A DNA stretch of 64,000 nucleotides from Oscillospiraceae bacterium (GTDB taxonomy: Bacteria; Bacillota; Clostridia; Oscillospirales; Oscillospiraceae), in the NCBI GenBank assembly GCA_017522015.1, contig JAFXAW010000027.1:36062-100061 (forward strand), written 5' to 3'. Below the pieces are notes generated by a model that searched no databases, was not told the origin of the DNA, and was given only the letters and a program-made list of their open reading frames with translations. The position numbers and the translations under genes are program-made. The first letter of the stretch is position 1. Each line of letters opens with the position of its first letter. Shown one piece after another: positions 1-9,542 of the stretch.

Positions 1-114
1 CATCAGCATGTCATAGTCATAATCGCTGATCGTCGGCGCATCGAGCACATAGTAATTCCGGTTGTGGATCTCCAACTCCTCGCGCAGCGCGCGGATCTCT
101 TGCTTTGCGTCCAT
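1..114 (-). CDS. ligA: NAD-dependent DNA ligase LigA, first 38 codons (gene runs off the window edge)
   Basis: Minus-strand ATG at 112-114 is open to position 1. The translation MDAKQEIRALREELEIHNRNYYVLDAPTISDYDYDMLM fits the conserved LigA domain Ia pattern (YY..D.P.ISD.EYD.L). It is absent from the ORF track because it is truncated. Confidence 0.7.
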   Translation of the reverse strand, partial: MDAKQEIRALREELEIHNRNYYVLDAPTISDYDYDMLM

Positions 115-120
115 AGTCTT

Positions 121-774
121 TCATCCGTTCAAATAGATTTTCGGTACACTGCCAACAATGACGGTCTCGGCAACCAGCACCTCGCTGACAACCTGCGTGG
201 AAACCGTCTTCCATGGGATCAACACGTCAATGTCCACGCGGATCTCCAAAATGATCTGATGCCGCGTCTGATTGATTCCCGCCGTGGAAATGTCATTTCT
301 GAAGTCTGCGTAGGATGAGGTGAGCATGATGATGCGCACAGGAACATCCGGTCCGCGTCCGTGCAGGAGATTGCTGCCAAACAGATTGCCGAGTGGCAAA
401 CGAAGGTCCAGGTTCCCACCACCAGCCGTCGAAACAATATCCTGCAAAAGCCGGGAAGACAGCTCATTGATGCGGGCCATATTGCTTTTGATCGCCGTGA
501 CGTTCCCCTGCGTGTCCTTTTCAAGACTGACAAAATAGTCATAGTCCCACGCGCCCAGCGCCATCTCGCGTGAGATGGCCTCGTTGATGGCCAGCGTGAC
601 CAAATCCGTTGCGTCCGAAACCGCCATCTCGCAGGACACACGGCGCAAATAGGAACTTGCCGGAAAGATGACAACCGAGAGCATGGACAGCACAATCAGC
701 GTTTTTAGAATGATCCTTGTCCCCCGCCGCATTCCTCCGGATGCAGCATCTCCAGAGCCGGATTTGCTTCGCAT
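121..774 (-). CDS. yunB: sporulation protein YunB
   Basis: ORF 121-792(-). It has one N-terminal TM helix followed by a domain that resembles the YunB family by eye. I placed the start at the second ATG (774), which has GAGGGGG about 9 nt upstream; 792 is the alternative. Confidence 0.75.
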   Translation of the reverse strand: MRSKSGSGDAASGGMRRGTRIILKTLIVLSMLSVVIFPASSYLRRVSCEMAVSDATDLVTLAINEAISREMALGAWDYDYFVSLEKDTQGNVTAIKSNMARINELSSRLLQDIVSTAGGGNLDLRLPLGNLFGSNLLHGRGPDVPVRIIMLTSSYADFRNDISTAGINQTRHQIILEIRVDIDVLIPWKTVSTQVVSEVLVAETVIVGSVPKIYLNG

Positions 775-805
775 GAGGAAACACCCCCTCATGCAAGCTT
801 ATGTC

Positions 806-2050
806 TCAGTTCCTGTCCAACATTTCAGAAATCGCATGCAGAACACTGATCTTACCGGACTCATAGGTAAGCGAGCCCTGCATGTAGGCAACAAAGGGTG
901 GGCGCACAGGTCCGTCACAGCTCAGTTCAATGGACGAGCCCTGCACAAAGGTACCCGCCGCCATAACGACCGGGCATTCGTAGCCGGGCATCTGCCACGG
1001 CTCTGGACGCACATAGCTGTCCACAGCGGAGGACGCCTGCACGCCGGCGCAGAAGCGCTGCAGATTCTCTGCGCTTCCAAGCTCAATCATCTGAATGATG
1101 TCCGAGCGCCGCTCCAGCGCACCCGGAGAGGTCGGAAAGCCCAGCCCCTCCAGCATTGCCGCGCAGAATGCCGCCGTTTTGAGCGCCTGTGCAACAACAT
1201 GCGGCGCCATAAACAGGCCCTGATACAGCAGACGGTTTACGCTCAGCGTCGCGCCGCACTCACCGCCGATGCCGGGGCTGGTCAGCCGCGCCGCCGCGCG
1301 CTCGACGAGTTCTGCTTTGCCGACAATATAGCCGCCGGACGGCGCAAGCCCGCCGCCGGGGTTCTTGATGAGTGAACCCGCAACAAGATCGGCACCGACA
1401 TGTGTCGGCTCAATCGTCTGTGTGAACTCGCCGTAGCAGTTGTCCACGAAAACGGGCAAATTGGGATTGACGCGCTTGACAGCGTCGCAGATCTCGCCGA
1501 TCTCCTCCACGGTGAGCGCACGCCGCGTATCATAGCCGCGCGAACGCTGGATCAGCACAGCGCAAACGTCCGCATCCTTTGCCGCCTCGGCGATCGCAGG
1601 CAAGTCCGCTCCGCCATCTGCCGCAAGATCTATCTGCGCATAGCCTACGCCGTAATATTTCAGCGAGCCGTGCGCATCGCCCTCGATTCCAATCGCAGTG
1701 CGGAGCGTGTCATAGGGCATTCCGGTGACGGAAAGGAGTTTTTTCCCCGGCACGCCCAGAGCAAAGAGCGCAGAGGTGATCGCGTGGGTACCGTTTACAA
1801 AGCCCACGCGCACAAGCGCTGCCTCTGCAGCGAAAATCTCCGCATAAATCTTTTCCAGCGTCTCGCGTCCGACATCGTCATAGCCGTATCCGGTTGTTCC
1901 GGCAAAGCAGGCATCCGAGACACGCGCGTTCTGAAACGCCGTCAGCACACGCTGTGTGTTCTCCAACGCTACGCGATCAAAGTCACGAAAACGGGGCACG
2001 AGACGCTCTTCCGCCTGTTCGGCGAGTGCAAGCAGCTTTTCTGAAATCAT
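806..2050 (-). CDS. YnbB-like / aluminium-resistance family PLP enzyme (methionine gamma-lyase family)
   Basis: 414-aa ORF. The block GTTGYGYDDVGRETLEKIYAEIF..ALVR...NGTHAI is typical of this Cys/Met-metabolism PLP family. ATGA overlap with the upstream M42 gene. Confidence 0.85.
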   Translation of the reverse strand: MISEKLLALAEQAEERLVPRFRDFDRVALENTQRVLTAFQNARVSDACFAGTTGYGYDDVGRETLEKIYAEIFAAEAALVRVGFVNGTHAITSALFALGVPGKKLLSVTGMPYDTLRTAIGIEGDAHGSLKYYGVGYAQIDLAADGGADLPAIAEAAKDADVCAVLIQRSRGYDTRRALTVEEIGEICDAVKRVNPNLPVFVDNCYGEFTQTIEPTHVGADLVAGSLIKNPGGGLAPSGGYIVGKAELVERAAARLTSPGIGGECGATLSVNRLLYQGLFMAPHVVAQALKTAAFCAAMLEGLGFPTSPGALERRSDIIQMIELGSAENLQRFCAGVQASSAVDSYVRPEPWQMPGYECPVVMAAGTFVQGSSIELSCDGPVRPPFVAYMQGSLTYESGKISVLHAISEMLDRN

Positions 2051-3075
2051 AAAGCTTCACCTGCCATCTCTTCCAAAAACAGTTTTGCCAGTCTCAACGT
2101 ATCTTCCATATCTGAGATCTTGGCGGTGCTGGCTGTTGAATGAATGTTTCGTACTGCGAGCGCGAGGATAGCCGTGCGCACGCCGGCGCGGCTGCGCTGG
2201 ATAACGGATGCATCCGTACCGCCGGCGATCTGCTGCTTCGTCTGCCAGAAGATGCCGTTATCCTCTGCAAGCCGGATCAACGTCTTGCGAAGTCCCGCAT
2301 CATAGATGGTGCCCTTGTCCATAAAGGTGATGACAGGGCCAGCACCAAGACGGCAGATCTGCTTGCTTTCCTCGACACTCGGAAGATCAGCAGCCGTTGT
2401 TCCCTCGATCACAAGCGCGATATCGGGCGAGAGACGGAAAGCTGCGCCGTGTGCGCCGCGGCATCCAACCTCCTCCTGCACAGTGAAGGCAAACCACGTG
2501 TCGCAGGGCAATTCTTCCTCCAGAAGCTTCAGCATCACGGCGCAGCCAAAGCGGTCATCGAGCGTCTTAGCCTTCAGATAGCCGTCGCCAAACTCCACAA
2601 CGCTGTCCTCAAACACACCGCGATCGCCGAGAGAGACTGCCTTTTTAGCCTCATCCTCGCTCTCAGCGCCGATATCGATATACAGCGCATCCACCTTGGG
2701 TACGCTGTTCTTCTCCTCTCCACGCACAAGATGAATCGGCTTCATTCCGATCACACCGGAGATTTTATTTTCCCCAATGAAAACGCGCTTGCCGAGGATC
2801 ACGCGACGGTCAATTCCGCCGATGAAATCAAAGTGCAAAAAGCCGTCTGCATCATATCCCGTGATGATCACGCCGACCTCGTCCATATGTGCGCAGAGCA
2901 TCAGCTTCTGCGCGGGGCGAACCTTGCCTTTTTTCAGCACGAGCAGGTTGCCCATCGCATCCGTCTCTACCTCATCGGCATAGGGCATCACGCGCTCCAA
3001 AAGATAATCCCGGATCTCATGCTCTGCGCCGGAGACGCCGCTGAGCATGCACAGCGTTTTAACCGTATTGAGCAT
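2047..3075 (-). CDS. M42 family metallopeptidase (FrvX/YsdC-type aminopeptidase)
   Basis: 342-aa ORF with HMDEVGVIITGY and QEEVGCRGA motifs of the M42 family. 1-nt TAATG overlap with the upstream paralogue. Confidence 0.85.
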   Translation of the reverse strand: MLNTVKTLCMLSGVSGAEHEIRDYLLERVMPYADEVETDAMGNLLVLKKGKVRPAQKLMLCAHMDEVGVIITGYDADGFLHFDFIGGIDRRVILGKRVFIGENKISGVIGMKPIHLVRGEEKNSVPKVDALYIDIGAESEDEAKKAVSLGDRGVFEDSVVEFGDGYLKAKTLDDRFGCAVMLKLLEEELPCDTWFAFTVQEEVGCRGAHGAAFRLSPDIALVIEGTTAADLPSVEESKQICRLGAGPVITFMDKGTIYDAGLRKTLIRLAEDNGIFWQTKQQIAGGTDASVIQRSRAGVRTAILALAVRNIHSTASTAKISDMEDTLRLAKLFLEEMAGEAL

Positions 3076-4103
3076 TACAACACCTCCTCCGCTCTCTTCA
3101 CAAATTCCGCAAGCAGTCGCACAGTTGCCTCCGCATCCCGCAGATCAAGCACCTCAACCGGCGTGTGCATATAGCGGATCGGCAGCGAGACAAGCGCAGT
3201 GGCCACGCCTTCACGGCTGATCTGAATCTCCCAACCGTCCGTACCGCTGTTACCGGGGATAACCTCAACCTGATAAGGCCAGTCACGCTCCTGAGACATA
3301 CGGATCAGTGCGCTGCTCATGCGCGGATTCATGTTCGGTCCGACGCCGATGGCGGGGCCTCCGCGCAGTTTAAGCGCCTCGGATTTCTTCACATCCGGTG
3401 TGAGTGCAAAGGTCACATCCACAGCAATCGCATAGTCAGGATCGATGCCGAAAGTCGCCGTCTTGGCGCCTCGTCCACCGATCTCCTCCTGCGTGGCAAA
3501 GAGCAGGTACAGATCAAAGTCCAGATTGCAGCCCTGCAAATCTTCCAAAGTCTTAATGAGAAGCGCAGCGCAGGCGCGGTTATCAAATGACTTGCCGCAC
3601 AGGCAGTGCGCTCCAAGCGGCGTACAAACCGTTCCAAACACAATGGGCGTGCCGAGCGGAATGCGTGCACGCGCATCCTCCTCGCTCATGCCAGTGTGGA
3701 TGAGTAGTTTGTCCGCAGCAAAGGGCTTTTCCATATCCTCCGCAGAGAGTGCATGCGGCGGCATTGTGTCAATCACGCCGTAATACTCCTCCTGCGCCAG
3801 GATGCGCACTTCCAGGCCGGGCAGCATCCGCGCATCCACGCCGCCGAGCGACGCAAAGCGCAGATAGCCCTTTTCATAGCCCGTGACGATCAGGCCGATC
3901 TCGTCCATATGCGCTTCCAGGAGCAGCTTCTTCGCGTTCTGTTTACCGCAGCGTTTGAGGGCAATGGCGTTGCCCATCACGTCCGTGCAAACCTCATCGC
4001 ACAGAGGCCGCAGAATCTCCGTAATCTTTTCCGCTGCCGGCGTTTCAAAGCCGGACGGCGCGCCCAGATCGCAGAGGGTTTTGATGAGTTCTCGCAGTTC
4101 CAT
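3075..4103 (-). CDS. M42 family metallopeptidase (second tandem paralogue)
   Basis: ORF 3075-4175(-). I moved the start to ATG 4103 (MELRELIKTL...), which removes the overlap with murD. HMDEIGLIVTGY and QEEIGGRGA motifs. Confidence 0.85.
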   Translation of the reverse strand: MELRELIKTLCDLGAPSGFETPAAEKITEILRPLCDEVCTDVMGNAIALKRCGKQNAKKLLLEAHMDEIGLIVTGYEKGYLRFASLGGVDARMLPGLEVRILAQEEYYGVIDTMPPHALSAEDMEKPFAADKLLIHTGMSEEDARARIPLGTPIVFGTVCTPLGAHCLCGKSFDNRACAALLIKTLEDLQGCNLDFDLYLLFATQEEIGGRGAKTATFGIDPDYAIAVDVTFALTPDVKKSEALKLRGGPAIGVGPNMNPRMSSALIRMSQERDWPYQVEVIPGNSGTDGWEIQISREGVATALVSLPIRYMHTPVEVLDLRDAEATVRLLAEFVKRAEEVL

Positions 4104-4107
4104 ATCT

Positions 4108-5466
4108 TCACTCCATTCTGAGGACCAGCTCACGAAAATGATCCCCGCGTTTTTCAAAATTCTTAAATTGATCAAAGGCAGCGCAGGCGGGCGACATCAG
4201 CACCACATCCCCGCTCTCCGCAATCGACGCAGCGCGCGCAACCGAGGCGTCAAAATCTTCGTCCATATAAATCGGCAAGTTCTGCGCGCAATAGTTGCTC
4301 GCCTTTGTTACTGCGTCATAGATCTTCTGCGCTGTTGCTCCGTTGAGGCAAAGCGCCTTGACGCGCTCGTTAATCTTAATTCCAAGCTCATCAAAGGGAA
4401 TGTGCTTATCATAACCGCCGGCAATCAGAATCGGCTTCTCGCCAAAAGAGCGCAGGCCGGCAATTGTCCGCGTCGGACTCGACGCAATGGAATCGTTATA
4501 ATAACGCACGCCGCGCAGCTCACGCAGGAATTCAATGCGGTGCGCAACACCTGAAAAGCTTCGCGCCACACTACGCATCGTATCTTTTTCAACCAAACCA
4601 TCCACAGCTGCAAAGGCAGCCAGGAAGTTTTCCACATTGTGCTCGCCAGGGATGCGGATTTCGTCCGTGCGCATCAGTTCTTCGCGCTGCCCATCATGCA
4701 CAAGATAAATTATGCCGTCCTGCGAATACGCACCGTTTTCAACGGCATCGCCGCGGGAAAAGAATTTGACCTGCGCCTTCGCAAGCGACAGCAGTTCCGA
4801 TGTATACCCGTCCTTCGCGTTAAAGACAGTTTTAGCTGCGCTTCCCTGTCTGCGGAAAATATTTGTCTTAGCATCCACATAGTCCGCCATATCGGGGTGC
4901 ACATCCAGATGATTCGGAGAAATGTTTGTCACAAGCGCGACATCCGGCACGCACTCCATGCTGTGAAGCTGGAAGCTGGAGAGCTCCAAAACGGCAAAAT
5001 CCTCCGGCTTCATATCGTCCGCCTCTGCGAGAAGCGGATGGCCAATGTTCCCGCCAAGATGCACGGTATAGCCCTGCGCGCGGAGGAGTTCGGCAATCAC
5101 GGTAGAGGTCGTGGTCTTACCGTCGCTGCCAGTGACGGCGATGGTCCGGCAAGGGCAGAACTGGAAAAACAGCTCCATTTCGCTCGTAATCCGGCAGCCC
5201 TTCTCTGCATAAGCGCGCAGATGCATCGGGTGCAGACCCGGCGTACGAAAGATAATATCTGCGTCAATGTCCTCCAGATACCGCTCCCCGAGTTTCCACT
5301 CTACGCCGCGCTCCGATAGCGCGCGAACGCTTTCACCAAGCTTTTCATACGGCTGCTTATCGCAGACCGTAACGGCATTCCCGGCATCCAGCAGCAATCC
5401 GATGAGCGGCAGATTGCTCACACCGGCGCCGATCACTGCGCACTTCTTCCCGCGCAGTGATTGCAT
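4108..5466 (-). CDS. murD: UDP-N-acetylmuramoylalanine--D-glutamate ligase
   Basis: ORF 4108-5523(-). Start placed at ATG 5466 (MQSLRGKKCAVIGAGVSN, Rossmann GxGxxG). Mur-ligase P-loop TGSDGKTTT. Overall layout is typical of MurD. Confidence 0.9.
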   Translation of the reverse strand: MQSLRGKKCAVIGAGVSNLPLIGLLLDAGNAVTVCDKQPYEKLGESVRALSERGVEWKLGERYLEDIDADIIFRTPGLHPMHLRAYAEKGCRITSEMELFFQFCPCRTIAVTGSDGKTTTSTVIAELLRAQGYTVHLGGNIGHPLLAEADDMKPEDFAVLELSSFQLHSMECVPDVALVTNISPNHLDVHPDMADYVDAKTNIFRRQGSAAKTVFNAKDGYTSELLSLAKAQVKFFSRGDAVENGAYSQDGIIYLVHDGQREELMRTDEIRIPGEHNVENFLAAFAAVDGLVEKDTMRSVARSFSGVAHRIEFLRELRGVRYYNDSIASSPTRTIAGLRSFGEKPILIAGGYDKHIPFDELGIKINERVKALCLNGATAQKIYDAVTKASNYCAQNLPIYMDEDFDASVARAASIAESGDVVLMSPACAAFDQFKNFEKRGDHFRELVLRME

Positions 5467-5647
5467 ATAGTCCCGAACAGACAAAATCACACACATCCTC
5501 ACTTGAAGATTGATCAAATTCAATTCAAATTATTATATATCCAAATGCGGGAAAACTCAACCAAATTCTTCATATTACGCGCCTCCCTGCACATCATATA
5601 TATGCAGACTCATTCCTTCTGCTATATCGCGCAAGGATACGTTTGAG

Positions 5648-5676
5648 TTGACTTTGCGTGCATATCGCGCTAAAAT
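5648..5676 (+). promoter_or_regulatory. sigma-70-type promoter for rnpB
   Basis: TTGACT (5648-5653), a 17-nt spacer, then TAAAAT (5671-5676). The predicted TSS about 7 nt downstream coincides with the 5' end of the P1 helix of RNase P RNA. Confidence 0.55.
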
Positions 5677-5682
5677 AACGGC

Positions 5683-6028
5683 GCAAGCAAGCCGAACAGC
5701 CGCGGGCACAGGCCGAAAGGCCGTGCGTGAGGAAAGTCCGGGCTCCACAGGGCAAGGATAGCGGGTAACGCCCGCCGAAGGCGACTTTAGGACAAGTGCA
5801 ACAGAGATATACCGCCCCGCGCAAGCGGGGTAAGGGTGGAAAGGTGCGGTAAGAGCGCACCCGTCCCCACGGTAACGCGGGGATGCTGTAAACTCTATCC
5901 GGAGCAACACCGTGGAGGGACATACAGGCTTGCCCGGCCGTCCCATGGAGGTGGCTTGAACGCGGTGGCAACGCCGCGTCTAGATAGATGGCTGTTTAAG
6001 ACAGAATCCGGCTTACAGACTTGCTTGC
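5683..6028 (+). ncRNA. rnpB: bacterial RNase P RNA
   Basis: Universally conserved blocks are present: GAGGAAAGTCCGGGCTCC, GGTGGAAAGGTGCGGTAAGAGCGCACC and ACAGAATCCGGCTTAC. The terminal P1 helix pairs GCAAGCAAG (5683-5691) with CTTGCTTGC (6020-6028). Confidence 0.94.
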
Positions 6029-6034
6029 ATAACA

Positions 6035-6072
6035 AAAACCGCTGAGGATGATTTCCTCAGCGGTTTTGCTTT
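6035..6072. terminator. bidirectional intrinsic terminator (rnpB / convergent membrane-protein gene)
   Basis: An 11-bp stem pairs ACCGCTGAGGA with TCCTCAGCGGT around a 5-nt loop. A-run upstream and T-run downstream. Confidence 0.75.
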
Positions 6073-6104
6073 CTCTCACCGCAAGGGCGCGGCAAGCTTA
6101 GTTG

Positions 6105-7610
6105 TTATGCGATGGCAGAGGCCGGGAACAGGAGCACAGCGAAGATGCCCGTGATGATGATGGACAGAATCATACGCTCAATCCAGATCACGCAGAGATG
6201 CCAGAACTTGACCGGCACCTCGGTGCCCATGCAGCAAGGCACGAAAGAAGCGAGGAACACGATGGAAGTGACCGGCAGAACGGCCAGCATAAAGCGCAGG
6301 CGCAGGCTCCAGCTGCCGACAGAAACGAGAAGCGCGGGAACCGTGATCTCAACGAAAGAGATCATCGAGCCAGTGCAGGCCGTCGTGAGTTCTGCGCCCT
6401 TGAAGCCAAAGATGCGGAAGAAGGGCCAGAAGATGTAGCCGAGCCACTTGATAATCGGCGTAAAGGTGTACAGCACAACGCCGAAGGTGCCAAAGAAGGA
6501 CGTACCGGCGGCAACAGTTCCGAGCACGTACAGGCTTTCCATCTGAATGTACTTAATGCGCTTGCCGAGGCTCTCCTGATTCTCGGCAATATCCATTGCC
6601 TCGGTAAAAGCGGCCTTGACGATGCCCTTCTTGATGATCTTCTCGGGGTCAGGCGTTACGCCTTCATAATATGTATCCGGAATCTTACGCAGCGGGAAAA
6701 TGCGCACGCCAATGAGCGCAACAAGCAGCGTGACCAGGAACGCAATCCAGAAATACAGGTTCCAGTAGTTCTTGCCGCCCCAGAGCTCGGCGTTGTTCAG
6801 GCCGGTGTTCGTGGCCAGCGCCATCAGGAAGCCGACAGACGCCGTGGACAGACTGGTGTCAATGCAGACGCTCTCGCGCTCGGTCATACGGCCGGTCTTG
6901 TACTGGTCGTTCACCGCGATGTGGCCGGCAGAGAAGTTGCCAAGGAACGCAGTGACCATGATAATGGCTGCGCGGCCGGGGAGTTTGAACACAGGGCGCA
7001 TAACCACGCGCACAAACACGCCGATAAAGTCGACCAGGCCGTAGTCCACCAGGAAGGGCAGGAACAGCGATGCGCACGGAATGGAGATGCAGATCGTGAC
7101 GAGAATGTTCGCCATAACAAAGTTTGCAATGCTGTTGTTATTCAGGGACGCGACGGGATCGAACATCCAGTTCATGAATCCGAAATGAACGCCAAAATAG
7201 ATGTCGACAATGTTCATGGTCAGCAGCACGAAGCCAACGATCTTGAACACGGCGAACACAGCGTTGACCTTTCCGGTGCCCCAGGCCTTTTTAGGCCGCA
7301 GGAAGAACAGGTCGATGACCGCGAAAGCGCCGATCGCCCATACCACAAAGGGCATAAAGTTGAAGTTGCCCGTGTAGAACGCAGCCTTGATGAAGTTTGT
7401 CAGGTGCGAGCACAGGACGTTGGACTGCGCCTTCACAAGACCCCACTGCCATGCGCCGATATGAATCTGATACGCGGGCAGATTAAAGTTGATGAAAAAC
7501 GCAAAGACGCCGAATGCGGAAAACAGGATAAATTTCAGGTAAGCCGCAACCGAATACTTTTTCATGCCGCCGCCCATTGTTTCGCGGGCGGTGACGACAT
7601 TCTCACCCAT
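6105..7610 (-). CDS. polytopic membrane protein, YjiH / nucleoside-recognition (Gate) domain-like
   Basis: ORF 6105-7691(-). Start moved to ATG 7610 (GAGGGGAG about 9 nt upstream). Many hydrophobic segments. The family call is from recollection of YjiH-type sequences and is not verified. Confidence 0.55.
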   Translation of the reverse strand: MGENVVTARETMGGGMKKYSVAAYLKFILFSAFGVFAFFINFNLPAYQIHIGAWQWGLVKAQSNVLCSHLTNFIKAAFYTGNFNFMPFVVWAIGAFAVIDLFFLRPKKAWGTGKVNAVFAVFKIVGFVLLTMNIVDIYFGVHFGFMNWMFDPVASLNNNSIANFVMANILVTICISIPCASLFLPFLVDYGLVDFIGVFVRVVMRPVFKLPGRAAIIMVTAFLGNFSAGHIAVNDQYKTGRMTERESVCIDTSLSTASVGFLMALATNTGLNNAELWGGKNYWNLYFWIAFLVTLLVALIGVRIFPLRKIPDTYYEGVTPDPEKIIKKGIVKAAFTEAMDIAENQESLGKRIKYIQMESLYVLGTVAAGTSFFGTFGVVLYTFTPIIKWLGYIFWPFFRIFGFKGAELTTACTGSMISFVEITVPALLVSVGSWSLRLRFMLAVLPVTSIVFLASFVPCCMGTEVPVKFWHLCVIWIERMILSIIITGIFAVLLFPASAIA

Positions 7611-7985
7611 AAGAATATACTCCCCTCTTTGCCTCATTATGCAAAAGTAATACCTTGATATTTTACAGGAATTCGAGCGTTTCGTCAACACTTGAAAACA
7701 AATTAATAAATCTCTGATTTACGCGCCTATAGTTTGTACTTTCCCAATGCCAATATATAAAGTTGAACCGTCAAGTTTTCTAATTTTGAGAAGAATTCGA
7801 GATCCATTTATAAAATTCTTTAATTTGTTGCATAATTTTGTTGCTTTTTATATGGCTATAGGATAGACTACAAAAAATGAGTATTTTGTAATTTCCTTGC
7901 AAAAGAATGCGTACAGATCTGCTGAGCGAAGTTGAGGGGCTTTGTGTCAGCAGTTTGTAGATAATATTATTAATGAGGTGTCAAA

Positions 7986-9362
7986 ATGGAAAAAAAGCGT
8001 CTCGGCTTTGGAGCGCGTGGATGGATCCTCTGTCTCTACCAGTTCGTGGCATTCCTGGTTTACGTTATCTTTACCAACTGGCCCATGAACGCGCTCGGCG
8101 ATTATTACGGCGGCCCCGGCGGCACGCAGAATATCGCCATGATCTACACCGTTGCATCCGTGCTCGGTGTCATTATTCAGGTTATTGCAGCTCCTCTCAT
8201 CGGTAAGATCAAGAACATCAAGCTCGTCAGTATCATCATGGGCATCATCTCCATGCTTGCCTGCCTCGGCGTGATGCTCGCAAAGCCCGGCATGGTCTGG
8301 AAGGTCTTCTACTTCATCACCTGCCTCTTTATCATCATTTGGGCCACGTTCGTTGTCGGCATTCTCGTCGGCCAGTGGTTCCCCCGCCGCAAGGGCACTG
8401 TTATGGGCCTTGTCACCATTTCGTTCCCGATTGCAAACGCTCTTATGAGCCCGCTTCTTGGCAAAGCGATCGGCATGACCCATGGCGGAGCTCCCGTGCA
8501 GGCAATCGCGCCTGTCCTTGTTTCGGGCTACCTCCCCTTCTTTATCCTTGGCTGCGTTGCGATCATTCTCGCTGCAATCCTTCTCAAGGACTATCCTGAG
8601 CAGTGCGGCGCTTATCGTGACAATGACAGATCCATTACTCCCGAAGTTGCAAAGGCAATGATGGAGTTTGAGATCGAGAACAAGCGTACCTCTGTCTGGG
8701 GCCTGAAGAACACCCTCAAGTCCCCCGATTTTTGGTTGATTGCTCTGCCCATGGGCTTCCTGCTTGTTGGCTCCGTCGGCATGATGACACAGACGGCCAA
8801 CCTCTTTGTTAAGTTTGGCATCAGCGCTCAGGATCCCAAATTCGGCATCATCCTGATGATCAATGCCGTTTTCGCCATTGTCGGCAGCTACGTGCTCGGC
8901 CTCATCGACACAAAGATCGGTACCCGCAAGTCCATGATCATTGCGGTTTCCTGCATGGTCATCTCCGGTATTCTTGGCGCGATCAACACGCTTGGCACCA
9001 ACATCGCTGCGCTTTGGATCCTCGGCATCTTCATGGGAGCCTCCTCCAACTACACCGTTTCCGGTTCCGTTCAGTACTGGCGCATTGAGGACTTCCCCAC
9101 CGTCTTCGGTAAGGTCAACCCTCTGGCCAACCTGATGAACAACTGTGCGCCCGTTGTCATTGCCAACCTGATCTTTGCTAATGCTGCAGTGAATGGCGGC
9201 ATGCCCGACGCCGGCCCCGCCTACATCTTTGTTGGCATCATCGGCGCCATCAGCGTTATCCTGCTTGCCATCTTCAAGCCCGGACGTATCAAGTCCTACG
9301 ATGACAAGTACCGCACCGCTGCCGGCAAGCCGCTGGACGACGCGCTTGTAGGCCGCAAGTAA
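7986..9362 (+). CDS. MFS transporter
   Basis: 458-aa ORF with GAGGTG SD 5 nt upstream. About 12 hydrophobic segments with a central loop. Substrate unknown. Confidence 0.8.
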   Translation: MEKKRLGFGARGWILCLYQFVAFLVYVIFTNWPMNALGDYYGGPGGTQNIAMIYTVASVLGVIIQVIAAPLIGKIKNIKLVSIIMGIISMLACLGVMLAKPGMVWKVFYFITCLFIIIWATFVVGILVGQWFPRRKGTVMGLVTISFPIANALMSPLLGKAIGMTHGGAPVQAIAPVLVSGYLPFFILGCVAIILAAILLKDYPEQCGAYRDNDRSITPEVAKAMMEFEIENKRTSVWGLKNTLKSPDFWLIALPMGFLLVGSVGMMTQTANLFVKFGISAQDPKFGIILMINAVFAIVGSYVLGLIDTKIGTRKSMIIAVSCMVISGILGAINTLGTNIAALWILGIFMGASSNYTVSGSVQYWRIEDFPTVFGKVNPLANLMNNCAPVVIANLIFANAAVNGGMPDAGPAYIFVGIIGAISVILLAIFKPGRIKSYDDKYRTAAGKPLDDALVGRK

Positions 9363-9398
9363 GAGTTTTTTCCTTTTAACCCCTCAAAACATAACAAA

Positions 9399-9431
9399 AC
9401 GCACAGAGTCAAAGGCTCTGTGCGTTTTTTC
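9399..9431 (+). terminator. intrinsic terminator of the MFS gene
   Basis: Stem pairs CGCACAGAG with CTCTGTGCG and is followed by TTTTTT. Confidence 0.85.
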
Positions 9432-9465
9432 TGTATACCGATTGTCAGCGCACTTGGGCAAAACA

Positions 9466-9493
9466 TAATGGAGCGGGCCCAGTCCCGCTCCAT
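9466..9493 (-). terminator. hairpin (ATGGAGCGGG family) downstream of gene 9543-10109
   Basis: An 11-bp stem pairs AATGGAGCGGG with CCCGCTCCATT around a 6-nt loop. On the minus strand it is followed by TATGTTTTG. It shares its arm sequence with the hairpin at 10532-10557. Confidence 0.5.
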
Positions 9494-9542
9494 TATAAAT
9501 ATTATTTTGAAATTGTGACAACAAATGTCGTCTTGATGTTGC

